From: Eledone cirrhosa
Taxonomy: Eukaryota
Assembly (NCBI GenBank): GCA_964016885.1
Contig: OZ024741.1
Coordinates: 324,012,001 to 324,076,000, forward strand
DNA: 64,000 bases
Direction: 5' to 3'
In this document: positions 49,424-63,570 of the stretch, in pieces
Layout of the letters: every line of letters begins with the position of its first letter
How positions within the stretch are numbered: position 1 is the stretch's first letter
Program-made: the position numbers and the translations under genes
Notes under the pieces: generated by a model
Told to the model about the DNA's origin: nothing
The model's input: only the letters and a program-made list of their open reading frames with translations
Databases searched by the model: none

Positions 49424-49521
49424 GCTTCTACAGGACTAGAATTGTTTCATTCAAAGGAAATCATCAGGAAAGCCTTCCTGATGCTTTCCTTCGAATGAGA
49501 CAGTTCTAGTCCCGTAGAAGC
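49424..49521. repeat. ~100-bp palindrome whose arms carry a hammerhead-like motif
   Basis: Minus arm reads GCTTTC-CTGATGA-TTTCCTTTGAAT-GAAAC-AATTCTAGTCCT-GTA-GAAGC. Confidence 0.65.
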
Positions 49522-49522
49522 C

Positions 49523-50947
<1,425 letters not shown>

Positions 50948-51375
50948 TATTACTATCAGCCGTACTAAGAGTGAGAAATGAAATTTCGTTTCATTCTTTT
51001 CCATTTATCGTTTTCGGTGCGCCCTGCCGATTAACTCACTCCATATGCAAATTAGGCTGCTCAGCCGTTAATATGCATAGGGAAAGTATATACTTTCTAA
51101 CGTTCAATCATCTGACGGAAAGGTATACGATGTTGACGATAGCTAATAAGCTTGAAACTAGTACATCGTTCCTGTGTCAGTGTTGAACAAAAGGGCGACG
51201 ATTGTTGCCGAGCACTGTAAGGCGTAATTCGGGCTGTTTGTTTACAAACAAAGCGAGGGGTTGATAAAATAAAGTACCAGTAATGTACTGGTTAATTGCT
51301 AGCCTTGTGCCTAAAGTAGAAACAATTATAATAAATGTTCGGTAAACCCATACGTACACATATATATATGTGTGC

Positions 51376-51409
<34 letters not shown>

Positions 51410-51658
51410 GAAAAGTATATAAATTGTTGTAGCGAGAAGCTAACAGTATTCCATAACATATATGCGACTATAGCGTCAAAATGGGAAAATAGTTAACATA
51501 AGATATGGGAAAAATAATTCAGACTCAATTCAAAAGGAATCAGGATATAGATTTATCGAACAGAATTTTGATAAATCCAGGGAAAAATCAATAGAGCCTT
51601 AACTCATGATAAAACAAAGTCTAAAGTACTCAACCTTAAATTTGGGACAACTTCAAAT

Positions 51659-51740
51659 GCTCTGTATAGTCTTGAAAAGACTATTTCACGAAAACTTTCA
51701 GTGGGGATGGTCACGGTTGGATTTCGTTCATCAGCAGAGC
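51659..51740 (-). ncRNA. Type I hammerhead with a full stem III
   Basis: GCTCTG-CTGATGA-ACGAAA..TTTCGT-GAAA-TAGTCTT-TTC-AAGACTA-TA-CAGAGC. Confidence 0.85.
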
Positions 51741-52309
51741 TCAACATGGTAACCAAGGTCTCACTGGTAATATGCCAAAAAGGGAATTTAAAAGCAGGCT
51801 AGTTTTAACATCATGCGTGATTATTAAAATAAACGCACATGTGGAAAAACAGGGCTGGTGACGTCAGAATGAGACAAATGTTTGTTTACATGAAACAACA
51901 GTCAAAAACATTCCGAAAGAAAACTCTACAAAAGGTGTTCAGCAAAAAGCAATATCATCAAGGTCTTTTTTTTTTTAAATACCGGGATTAGTCACAGATA
52001 ATTTAAGCACTCTAGGAAATAAATCCGAGTATATATATATAAATGAAAAGTATAGAAATTGTTGTAGCGAGAAGCTAACAGTATTCCATAACATATATGC
52101 GACTATAGCGTCAAAATGGGAAAATAGTTAACATAAGATATGGGAAAAATAATTCAGACTTAATTCAAAAGGAATCAGGATATAGATTTATCCAACAGAA
52201 TTTAGAGAAATCCAGGGAAAAATCAATAGAGCCTTAACTCATGATAAAACAAAGTCTAAAGTACTCAACCTTCAATTTGGGACAACTTCAAATGCTCTGT
52301 ATAGTCTTG

Positions 52310-52606
52310 AAAAGATGGTTAAAAGAGTTCCATGTATTTTATTATGCGCATTTCAAAAACAAATATCATCATGCGATGACATTTGCGTTTTCGTCAGATA
52401 AAATAGGGAGACATGATATGAAGGTTAAAAAACACTTGTGAATAGTGCAGTTTTAAATCAACATAACTGCACAATTCACAAGTGTTTTTTAACCTTCATA
52501 TCATGTCTCCCTATTTTATCTGACGAAAACGCAAATGTCATCGCATGATGATATTTGTTTTTGAAATGCGCATAATAAAATACATGGAACTCTTTTAACC
52601 ATCTTT
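52310..52606. repeat. ~300-bp fold-back palindrome carrying hammerheads at 52512-52582(+) and 52335-52405(-)
   Basis: TATTTTAT-CTGACGA-AAACGCAAATGTCATC-GCAT-GATGATATTTGTTTTT-GAAAT-GCGC-ATA-ATAAAATA. Confidence 0.88.
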
Positions 52607-52825
52607 TGATCTTATATATTATTTATACTCCAGTCCTACAAACTGTAGAGTGCTACTTATCCGATGTCTGCATTGCTTTATTTACTACAATAAAACTCAC
52701 CTCCTATATATATACATACTACTTACTATACATCTGTACACATATATATGTATGTACGTATACATACTTATATTTAGGTATCAGCCGTACTAAGAGTGAG
52801 AAATGAAATTTCGTTTCATTCTTTT

Positions 52826-52877
<52 letters not shown>

Positions 52878-53426
52878 AGTGTAATTTACGACACAAAACG
52901 AAGGTTATAGAGAAAATTGAGGTTGGTAATGGCACATGGAATATATAAGAGACAGAATACTTTTTTGTGAAAAAACATATAATTTTATAAGGTAAGGAAA
53001 TAATAAAGGGTATAAAAAATGACCGGTTTCGATGGGTCTGTAAAAGCCATCTTTTCAAATGTTGATTAATATTAAGAAAAATTAATAATAAGAAGAGTTA
53101 AAATTTGAGATTTGAAAATTCAAGTATAAAATTAATTGTGGGATTTCATAGTAGTTTTCATCTTGGTAGCAGCTAGTTGACTGCTGTGTGCCTTTCTGGT
53201 AGTGAATGAGAAGTTATTTGGGGGTGTGGGTTATTTTATAAAGGTCAGATTTAGCAATGGCCAGATGGCCAGCTGCTGGTCAGTGAGGAGGTGGAAGCAA
53301 TATACATACATATATCTCCCTGTGGTCGGTAGGAGAGGGGAGATTGATAGAAAGGGATTTAGTACACTTACACCTATATATACACACATACCTTCATCCA
53401 CACATACATACATATACATATACATA

Positions 53427-53460
<34 letters not shown>

Positions 53461-53505
53461 CACACATACATACACACACACATACATATACATACACACA
53501 TACAA

Positions 53506-55074
53506 CTCAGGACAATTATAGCAGGCCCTACATGTGAAACCCACAGACTTAGCAACTTTCTGGACATCCTACTGAAACCCTTTCTACAACATATACAGAG
53601 CTACATACGAGATGACCTTGAAATGCTGAAACACCTCCCTAAAACAGTAAGTGCAAATACAATTCTTGTCTCCTTTGACGTAATAAACCTCTACACAAAC
53701 ATACCCCACAACTATGGAATAACAGCAGTCCAATACTGGCTTAACACACACCCATCAGAAATACCGACACGCATCAACAAAGATTTTAACACTGACGGAC
53801 TCCGCTTTATCCTACAAAATAACTACTTCACATTCAATGGTTCAACATACAGACAAGTATCAGGTACAGCAATGGGCACGAAAGTAGCACCCACATATGG
53901 CAACCTAGTCATGGGATTCCATGAACAACAAATATACAGTCAGTCCCTTCTCTTATTTGGAGACTCTTTCCACACACACCTCAAAGCCAATTGGAAAAGA
54001 TATCTAGACGACTACTTTATCCTATGGCAAGAAGACATGAACTCACTTACTATGTTTAAAAACATGATAAACAACATAGATAATAACATACAATTCACAA
54101 TGGAATCCAATCCCAAGGAATTAGCCTTCTTGGATATTCTCATCTCTGTAATAGACGGGAAATTAGATACAGATATATTCTATAAACCCACAGATTCCAA
54201 GCAATACCTCTTTTTCACATCAAGTCACCCAAAACATACAAAACTTAACATTCCTTACAATTTGGCCAAACGTATATGTACCATAGTATCAGATCCACCT
54301 AAACGGGAGCAAAGACTAAAGGAACTAAAAGACACCCTTATCTTAAGAGCCTTTCCACTTGAAATAATCAACAATGGAATAGACAGGGCAAAACACCTAA
54401 ATCCCCATCAACTTAACAATCCAAAACAGAAGACCACACTCATCACCCTGCCATATGTATCCACTTTCAACCCCAGAAATACCGAAATGTTTGATCACCT
54501 ACACAAAAACCTCCCCATCCTACTTAAAGATGTAAAAATGAAGTCTATTCTTGAAACACACAAGATCCTTAAAAGTAAAAGACAACCCAAATCACTAAAA
54601 CGCATTCTCACTGGACCAAATATACCCAAACCAATCCTCAACCCTACAGTTACCAAATGTGGTAGAACAAACTGTGGAACGTGCCTCTACCTCACTGAAG
54701 GACAAAAATATACATTTAAAGATGGCCAAACATTTACAGTAAAAAACAATTTCACCTGCAACTCGGAGAACTTGATTTACACAATAACTTGCGGTGGGTG
54801 CAAACACAACTACATAGGACAGACGGGCACCTCATTACGCAAAAGAATGACCATCCACCGCCAACAAATCCGGGACGCTAACACAAGAAAAATCCCCTTG
54901 AGCAGCCATATTGCGAACTGCGCAGGAATGACACTACCCAACTTTAAAATCTTCCCCTTCTACAAGTGCTCAGATTCGTTCACACAGCAACAAAGAATAA
55001 ACAAAGAAAATCTATTCCTTAACAAATTTAAACCAAAAACTAAACGGGTTATCACCCCAATAGAATTGGCATAA
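53506..55074 (+). CDS. Penelope RT-GIY-YIG endonuclease, N-terminally truncated open frame
   Basis: LVSFDVINLYTNIP, QVSGTAMGTKVAP, RYLDDYF, FLDILI, Cys linker KCGRTNCGTC and NLIYTITCGGCKHNYIGQTG. The first ~54 aa of the ORF-track entry are translated microsatellite. Confidence 0.85.
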   Translation, partial: LRTIIAGPTCETHRLSNFLDILLKPFLQHIQSYIRDDLEMLKHLPKTVSANTILVSFDVINLYTNIPHNYGITAVQYWLNTHPSEIPTRINKDFNTDGLRFILQNNYFTFNGSTYRQVSGTAMGTKVAPTYGNLVMGFHEQQIYSQSLLLFGDSFHTHLKANWKRYLDDYFILWQEDMNSLTMFKNMINNIDNNIQFTMESNPKELAFLDILISVIDGKLDTDIFYKPTDSKQYLFFTSSHPKHTKLNIPYNLAKRICTIVSDPPKREQRLKELKDTLILRAFPLEIINNGIDRAKHLNPHQLNNPKQKTTLITLPYVSTFNPRNTEMFDHLHKNLPILLKDVKMKSILETHKILKSKRQPKSLKRILTGPNIPKPILNPTVTKCGRTNCGTCLYLTEGQKYTFKDGQTFTVKNNFTCNSENLIYTITCGGCKHNYIGQTGTSLRKRMTIHRQQIRDANTRKIPLSSHIANCAGMTLPNFKIFPFYKCSDSFTQQQRINKENLFLNKFKPKTKRVITPIELA

Positions 55075-55669
55075 AATATAAACACACATACGCACGGAGT
55101 GACAGATATATGTGTTTGTATGTGTGCATGTATATAATTATCACTACTATTAAAGACCAGAGACCAATTCTGTAGAATAAGGTTTATTCGTTGACAGACC
55201 ATGCCTTTGTGTGACCAACACATCCATGTTAAACCCTGCACGTGCACACACATATATCTATATATATATGCGCACACAGAATTCACCACTGTCGGTTGCG
55301 GGGCCCAATCTACATGAAGAACTCAATGTGATCAGAATGACTTGTATTTTAATTTCACTGTCCTAACTTCTTATATTATGGAAAAAATATATGTGTATGT
55401 ATGTATATATATATATTTGGAGGCCATTTCTCTGTGTGTGAGTGTATGTATGTGTATATGTGTGTGTGTGTGTGTATGTGTGTGCATGTGGATGTATGTA
55501 TTGTGTGTGCGTGTGTGTGTGTGTGTGTGTATGTATGTGTGTATCTGGATGTATGTGTATGTATATATATGTGTGTGTGTGTGTATGTATATATATATGT
55601 GTGTGTATGTGCATAAATGTGTGTGTGTATGTGTGTATGTATATGTATGTGTGTGTGTATGTATGTGTG

Positions 55670-55722
<53 letters not shown>

Positions 55723-56055
55723 ATGTATATGTATATGTATGTATGTGTGGATGAAGGTATGTGTGTATATATAGGTGTAAGTGCACTAAATCCCTTTCTA
55801 TCAATCTCCCCTCTCCTACCGACCACAGGGAGATATATGTATGTATATTGCCTCCACCCCCTCACTGACCAGCAGCTGGCCATCTGGCCATTGCTAAATC
55901 TGACCTTTATAAAATAACCCACACCCCCAAATAACTTCTCATTCACTACCAGAAAGGCACACAGCAGTCAACTAGCTGCTACCAAGATGAAAACTACTAT
56001 GAAATCCCACAATGAATTTTAACTCTTCTTATTATTAATTTTTCTTAATATTAAT

Positions 56056-56105
56056 CAACATTTGAAAAGATGGCTTTTACAGACCCATCGAAACCGGTCA
56101 TTTTT
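56056..56105 (+). ncRNA. Minimal hammerhead, U3-A8 variant, in the Neptune pLTR (mirror copy 53015-53064, -)
   Basis: CAACAT-TTGAAAA-GATGG(CTTTTACAGAC)CCATC-GAAAC-CG-GTC-ATTTTT. Confidence 0.72.
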
Positions 56106-56206
56106 TATACCCTTTATTATTTCCTTACCTTATAAAATTATATGTTTTTTCACAAAAAAGTATTATGTCTCTTATATATTCCATGTGCCATTACCAACCT
56201 CAATCG

Positions 56207-56329
<123 letters not shown>

Positions 56330-56885
56330 CACGAGTGCAAGAAGGCCGGAGTATGCAGTGTAGGAGCTGGTTCGGTAATGCAACAGCTTCAGAATTCGGT
56401 AATCAGATAAAAGGAAATAGGTATAATAGCCAAACTTGCTATCTTCAATTCTGTAAACCCGTAATTATGATGATGAATCTTGGGTAATGACTAAAAGAAT
56501 ATGATTGCGAATGCAAGCGATGGAAATGTGTTTCCTTCGAAGGTTATTTGGAATAATGTTACTCGATAGAATGCGTAGCTTGGAGATCAGAAAGTAGAGC
56601 CGCAACCTCTCCGAGTCAAAGATTACAGTTCCGATCCTACGGTCATGCAGTTAGAATGTCTCGTGAAAGAATCGCTGGACATATTTTACGAGCAAAACCA
56701 ACTGGCAGAAGACCCAGGGATAGATTCTGAGAAAGATGATTGGATAAAATCCATGAGCTCGACTAGTCTCAGTTAGGTATCCAGCCGGATCAATTGGAGA
56801 CGATTGTTTCTAACAAGGCCCGCTAGACGGCGTGCTTGAAGACTGCCTCAACGACCCTGCCAGGAATAATTGGGTGAAGAAGAAC
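56330..56885 (+). mobile_element. 3' fragment of the Expander/Rex3-like RTE family
   Basis: Similar to 34850-35394 (GAATCTTGGGTAATGA, GTTAGAATGTCTC.TGAAAGAATCG, ATCCAGCCGGATCAATT). Confidence 0.75.
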
Positions 56886-56939
56886 AAAACCAAATTATGC
56901 ACAATTTATGGGAAAACGAAAATGATCAATAATTTGATC

Positions 56940-58100
56940 CCTCTAAATCAAACTTGATTCATTCTTACAATACAGATCCTTTCAATTATCAATGTAAGGA
57001 AATATACATAACGTACCAGCTATTAACGCCGTAAAAATCCATAAGGTATGGATTTGTAATGGTAACACTACTCAAGAATTCCTTTAAAATAAATGACCTC
57101 AACATCGCCTTCAATTAAAGGCATTTCATAGAAATAACACTACTTAACATATAAACACTTGACATATAATAAGGCAGTCATCAACACTTAATTTTTGTAT
57201 GGCAGCTGGGGATAGGGAGATACAAACAATACTTATATTCAAGTGATCGAAACATTTCGTACTCATATAAGGAAAACTACTTTGGTTTGTCTAAGCTATT
57301 TTCCTCCTTACCTGTTGATAGAAAAATCTAAGAAGCGTAGATTCCTTACTGCTCACTTTAAATGATATAAAATACCCAGAATGATATTTGGCTACCACCG
57401 ATGATAGAACAATTAAAATCGTTCAAAATAATTAAAAAAGAGGAAGCAAAAGAATACGATAACCATATCACACAGGTAAACTGGTTAATAACTGGATCAG
57501 TTATACAGATGAGACACATTCAGACAATGGAGTGCAATGTGAAGCTACGTCGTCTTTCCAAAATAATGATACTGGTATGAGCTTCAGATTACACCAAAAT
57601 TTCTCAATATTTTATGCAGAGTGGTCGAGTAAGATATTATCCATAAACTTAGCTAATGAAATGACACGAGAAAAAACTTTCTATTTACTGATAAGAGTAA
57701 ATCAAAAGAGGTTGGGTTAGAGATATATAGAGAGTTCTGCTAAGGATACTTAACTATTTATCACATAATAATAAACAAATAATAATGATATGGGCACCAG
57801 GCCATAAAGATATTAGGAGAAATAAGAAAGCAGAGATGTAGAAGAGAGCACCAAGGGATATAGATATAGATTATAATCCAAATCTGTCACATAAAATCAT
57901 TCAGCAAAAACAATCAACCAAAAGTGAGAAAATTCGGTTGGAAGATAAGTTTTAAAATTTTAATCCTCCATTCTCTAAGGCAGATCAGTTAACGTTTAAA
58001 AATTATAGGGCAAAGAGATCATGCCGACTTTGAACGGGCGAGATATTCTTGAACTATATTTTATCACAAAATGGTTGTGATAAAAAGTCAAAAGTGGACG
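56940..58100 (+). pseudogene. Possible heavily decayed Penelope-type RT
   Basis: Residual motifs in the expected order: GSWG (MGSxDG-like) ~57200, HR.DD-like ~57400, TMECNVK ~57527, FNPPFSK ~57960. Confidence 0.4.
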
Positions 58101-59432
58101 CAAATAATGCCCTGATATTCTGTGGTACTATTTGTTCCAATACAAAAACTATGAGTCTAATAGGGCATCTTGAAACTGGTCTTTAATAAAACTATCTAGA
58201 TCTACCAGTGATAAAAAAATATCTTACACTTCATTGAGACTACGAAGATTTCAAGAGATGCTATTAATTGTAAGGAGTATTAGTTACTCCTAGTCTGTCA
58301 TGGCCCACTAGCTCAACTTGGATGTTTAAATCGATATATATCTTTAAAAAGGATATAATAGTTGTTATGGTTGTGAATTTTGTGGTTCTGTGTGTTGAGG
58401 TTGTAAATGTGACTGTGAATGTTCTAGTTGCTGTTGCGTTTGTTGATGTGGTTGTGGCTGCTTTACTGTGTTTATGAATGTTTTGCTGTTGCTCTGGTAG
58501 ATGAGAATATTGTTGTTGTGGTTGTTGTTTTTAATCGTATTTATTACGGGCTGTTCATGTCAAGATGTGGACTTTGAGAAAAACGACGAAGAATGTCTAC
58601 AGAGACGTAAAGGCCAGAAGCAAGAAAGTATTTATAGTAAATTCATAAATGAGAGGCGTTAATCATAGCAAGATCAATGTTATTTGACAGTTCCACAATT
58701 GCCTATGATTGGTTGCAGAAATTTCCAATAGACGCTGACAAGTTGGCTAGCTGTCTATATCCTGTAATACTACTAATAATAATGATAATTGCTTCTATTT
58801 TTGGCACAAGGCCAGCAAATAATAATGGTGTTAATAAGATCAGTTATATCAATCATATTCTGAAATGAAATATTTCAGATAACTAACCGAGTCTGTCTGT
58901 TGTTTTAATTCAAACCGAACACCAAGGAAAAAACTACTATAAATTACGAACATAGTTCGAGTAAATATGGACTACTCTGAGCATGTACGTATAGAAAGGG
59001 AGTCAATGTGTGGGAAAGGGTATTTAGGTTTGGTGGTTAGGGTGTATTATGTTTCCTTGATAAGTTCCAGAAGGCTGCCCTCGCTACTTCCTTGGGAACC
59101 TTTCCTTTGTTTTCATGTTTTGTTATACATTGTTTATGTTATATTTTTACTCGATCACATGTAAACCGCCACTAACACGGTCTTTTGCTTCTTGACCTTG
59201 CACCGTCCAAATTATCATTGTGTACTCGTGGCAAGGATAAATAGCCCAAATCCCAGGACTTAAACGTATATACAACATACAATGATAACTCTTCTAGGCA
59301 CTGCACACATATTACGAAGTGTATTCTCAATACATTAGACATTACAACACCAAAAACAATGCTGCATGTACGCCAAGCACACAGAGATGTGCTTGGTGAT
59401 GCAGTAAAAACGTCCAATAAAAATAAGAATAA

Positions 59433-59472
<40 letters not shown>

Positions 59473-59476
59473 AGTG

Positions 59477-59532
<56 letters not shown>

Positions 59533-59579
59533 TTCTGATCTAGGCCCAAGGCCAACAATTGTGGGGGAGGCGAAAGCAC

Positions 59580-62400
59580 GTTAGTTGCAATGCCATTGCT
59601 ATCTGCTTCTAGCTTTGTAGCTAGATCTCCCTCTACTCTAGTTTTCTCTCTCGCTAATAGCTTTACTAAAGCCCATCGATTCTATTCCAATCATCCTTTT
59701 CAGAGCGAAACACCATTTGTTGTTGACGATTGTCCCGTCAACGTCCTCTTAACCGATTCACTAATCTGGTCTCTGTAAGCTTTGCAGTCTGTATAGTCGA
59801 CTAGCTTGAAATGTGAACAACCTATACTAGACTTATCCACTTTCCTACGGAATACTCTATCTACATACAATATGGGTGACTCGCTGCAGTTTGACCCGGT
59901 CCACATTATCATATTCGGGAAATCCATTCCATGCCTGTCAGACAGTTGGAATTATCTGAGTGGATTTGTGTCTTTTGCACCCCCGACCTCTGTCTAAGAT
60001 CCCGTTCCTGTCACCTACTAACACTAAAGAGCGGTGCGTTCCTATATAAGTCTCCAGACTCCCGAAGAAATCTGGTCATCCTGCCCCTGTAAGGACATAA
60101 ACGGCAATCAGCCTGAAATCATGTCCTTCACAGCCAGCCACGTCAAGCGCCACCGACTTACTCTTTGGATCCAGGATGATGCTCCCGGGCGAACTGGAGA
60201 TGTGAACACCTCACAGCCTCCGAAAATTGGTGCAAAGTCACGTGGATAATACTTTTCCTCGGAAATCCCCTATTTCAATTTAGGTTTTAGATTTGGATAT
60301 GTATCTTATGCTGTCTGAATAATTTTTATGTGTTTAGTTATGGGGATTGGGGGTGTTGCGAAACCTGTGTGTGTGATGGTTGTGTATGTTTTAATTTCAT
60401 TGGTGGATTGGCAGTATCGGTAGAGGGTCGGACGCCATGCTGCGACGCATAGAGTTATGGCCCTTGCCATTCTGAGTTCAAATCCCGCCGAGGTTAACTT
60501 TGCCTTTCATCCTTACGGTGTCGATAAAATAAAGTACCAGTAAGTAATGCACTGTGGTAATTGCTGGCCTTGTGCCAAAAGTAGAAAAATTATTTCTGTA
60601 TTGTTTTTCTATGTCTATGTAGTTTTTAATGATTTTTTCTTTGCGTTGTGTTTGCTTTTGATGTTGTTGTGTGTGGGTTGCGTTTGTGTTGATTGTTGAT
60701 ATATCTGGGTTTATGTGGCAGGGGTGGTGATGTGTCTGTTTGTTGTGATTTTTTCCTTGCGGCCTTTACTTTCTCTCTCTCCACATTTTGTGTTATTCGT
60801 TTGATCGTAGTTTTTTGTTGTTTTGTTTTTCTTTTCTCTTTTTTCTTCTTTTGATTACTCTTTTCCTTTCCTCATCCTGGTCAGACTCACCTCATGTCAC
60901 GCCTGATCTTTCGAAATCGAGGAGTGGCATGTCCTCAATTCGAATTGATTGTATATTTGGGAGTCTTTCGTTGCTGTGGTGGTCATTGGTCTTGCTGTGA
61001 GCTGTTGTTGTTCCTGTTAGTTTTATGTTGCAGTTTATGTTGTTGGTGGGATCCTTGGTGTTGGGAGAATAGGGGTGCCTTCTCTTTCTCCTTCGGTGTT
61101 GGGCAGAAGACTCTTAATTGTGTTGTCGAAAGGCAAATGTGACTCATAGTTTTCTTCCCTTCCACTATTATCGGTAGGATGCTGCTGCCTGGGAGATGGA
61201 TTTGCTTCGGAATGGCATCCATATTCTTTTGATTGGTTTGGATGAAGATTTTTGTGTTTTGCTTGATGTCTACAGCGATCGCCACAACTAGCCAAGGAAT
61301 AGCTCCTGCTTGATGCTGATTCTTGCTAATCTCTGGTCGCAATAATAAGGGATCCGCATTTTTCAGGAGTTTCAAGGAGTGAGATTTTGCCTCTTCCTGT
61401 GTCTCAAATCTCAATTCCACTGTACCAAAACCCGTTCCTCGCTGGGTGTATTCCTTTTGGTTCCAAACGGAAACTAATGACTTTTTGATTTGCACCTCAG
61501 TGGTTCTTTCCACCACTGGTGAAAGTCTCACTTTCACCAGTGTAACCAAGTCATTTTTCCAAAGAATGAACTACTCTGAATAAGAGGTCAACGAGGTCAA
61601 AGATTTGGTGGAACGAGCTGGTAGAGTGTTAGTGTTTGAACTGACACACCTACTGGGTGTCAAACAGTAAAAACTTCAACAATCCACCATTCTCGAATTG
61701 TCATAGTGTAACGTACGGTTTGTGGGTGGTGTCCATCGAAGTATTGAGATTTGACACCCTCCGTAGGTGTGTCTATTCAAAAACTGCCACTCTACCTGCG
61801 GCAAGTAGGTTTACTTATTCAGCTTGTTTCACCAAATGTCTGGCTTTGTTGACCTCTTCTTCAGAGTAGTTCATTCTTTGGAAAAAGGACTTGGATACAC
61901 TGGTGAAAGTGAGACTGGTGTTTGTATTTATTGTTTTCCTGGCTTGTTGGTTTGCCCTCACTGTTGCGATTGTAGTTGTTGTTGTTGCTGTTGCTGCTAC
62001 TGTTGTAGTTGTTGTTGTTATCGTTGTTGATGCTGTTGTTATTGTTGTTGTTGTTGTTGTTGTTGTTTGTTGTCGTCAATATTGTTGTTGGTATCATTCT
62101 CCAATTCGTTTTTGGAAACAGTTGTGTTGACGGTTTGTCTTTCGAGTACAGACGTTTTCATTTCACTGAATTCGCTTGTATTGCGACTGTTATTGTCGTT
62201 GTTTTTGTCTTTGCTGTTGTTGTTGTTGTTGTTGTTGTTGCTTATGTTGTTGCAATTAATATTTGCACATTCCTTTCCGACTTGAAGCTGTATTAGTACA
62301 GTTTTGTTGTTTTTCTTCCACCAGAATCTGTTTGTTGACATACGTTAGCTTCTATTTCCCCACCCTCTCCCTCCTTTGGTTTATTGTTTCGGAATGACGT
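59580..62400 (-). mobile_element. Decayed, 3'-truncated Tx1 relative (ORF1 remnant plus APE remnant), interrupted by a SINE
   Basis: ORF1-like VERTTEVQIKKSLVSVW..LPIIVEGKK and APE-like DFPNMIMWT..YVDRVFRRKVDKSSIGC..YTD, both homologous to family A. Confidence 0.8.
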
Positions 62401-62734
62401 CGTGATGACGAGGAATCTATACTTGTGTTGAAAAAACAACAAATAGTTGTTGAAGTTTTTACTGTTTTACACCCCCGTAGGTGTGTCTGTTCAAACACTA
62501 CCACTCTACCTGCGGCAAGTAGGTATACTCATCTAATCTGTTATTATGTTTAACACTTAGAAAAGGTTTTTTAAAAAGTATCAAATACCTTTGAAATATC
62601 TAGAGCTGAAATGAAACGTGGCTTTTACGTCAGGCATCAAAATGAGAATAACAAAAAATGTTTTAACACTTCAGAAGGCATGCTTACTGGTAACAGCAAG
62701 GACTCTCCGATACGCCCTGAATATCAGAAGAATT

Positions 62735-63570
62735 GGCAAGAAAGCTTCGTTGAAACTATTCAACTGTTCACCGCCATCTTCAACAGCTTGGAAAGGTTCC
62801 AAAAATCAAAAAATAGGTGCCTCATCAATTGTTTGAAGTCACTGCAAATCCCTAGTTGACATCTGCTTTTCTCTTCATTCTCGTGAACTCATCTCGTCTT
62901 TTTTGGATAGACTTGTGACTAGTGATGAAAAATGGGTCTTTTATCAAAATGTTATCGTCGAAGACAATGGCTTGGTAATGGGAAAAAAAGCCCAATCACA
63001 ACTGAAAAGCGAACTTCATGCGAAGAAGTTTCTTCTCTCTGTTTGGTGAGATTGCAAAGGAGTTATCCATTTTGAGTTGCTGCCAACTAATGCAGCCATC
63101 AATGCACAAGCATACTCTCAGCAATTAGAGCATTTGAACGCTGCTTTGAAGCAACAAAGGACCTACCTCAGTGAATCGAAAAGGAGTAGTGTTTCATCAG
63201 GACAATGCACGACCCCACACTACAAAGATCACACCACAGAAGTTCAAGGAACTTGGCTGAGAGAAAATTGCTCATCCGCCTTACTCCCCAGACCCTACTC
63301 CTTCAAACTACCATTTGTTCCGTAGTTTACAGAATCATTTGGATGGATTAGATCTCAAAACCCACGAGGAAGTCGAAACTGATCTTTCTGAGTTCTCATC
63401 GAAACCGAAAGAGTTTTACATTAATCGGATTAAACAGCTTATGAGTAGATGGAAAGAAGTCATAGATAATCATGGAAACCACACTGACGATTACATTTCA
63501 TTAAAAGGTAAGATTTGATCACTTGTTTTCTTTATTCAAATTTCGGACATTACCTATGGGATGACCTGTT
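62735..63570 (+). mobile_element. mariner-family DNA transposon relic (pseudogenised DD34D-type transposase, right TIR ~63543-63570)
   Basis: DRLVTSDEKWV, LLSVW*DCKGVIHFELLP, FHQDNARPH, HPPYSPD..PSNYHLFRSLQNHL. TIR-like CGGACATTACCTATGGGATGACCTG. Confidence 0.85.

Larger units (their letters stand above)
52915..56205 (+). mobile_element. Penelope-like element (Neptune-type), 5'-truncated, with upstream inverted pLTR (~52915-53503) and downstream pLTR (to ~56205)
   Basis: RT plus GIY-YIG ORF between ~590-bp inverted repeats; lies between (TA)n and (CT)n(TA)n tracts. Confidence 0.9.
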
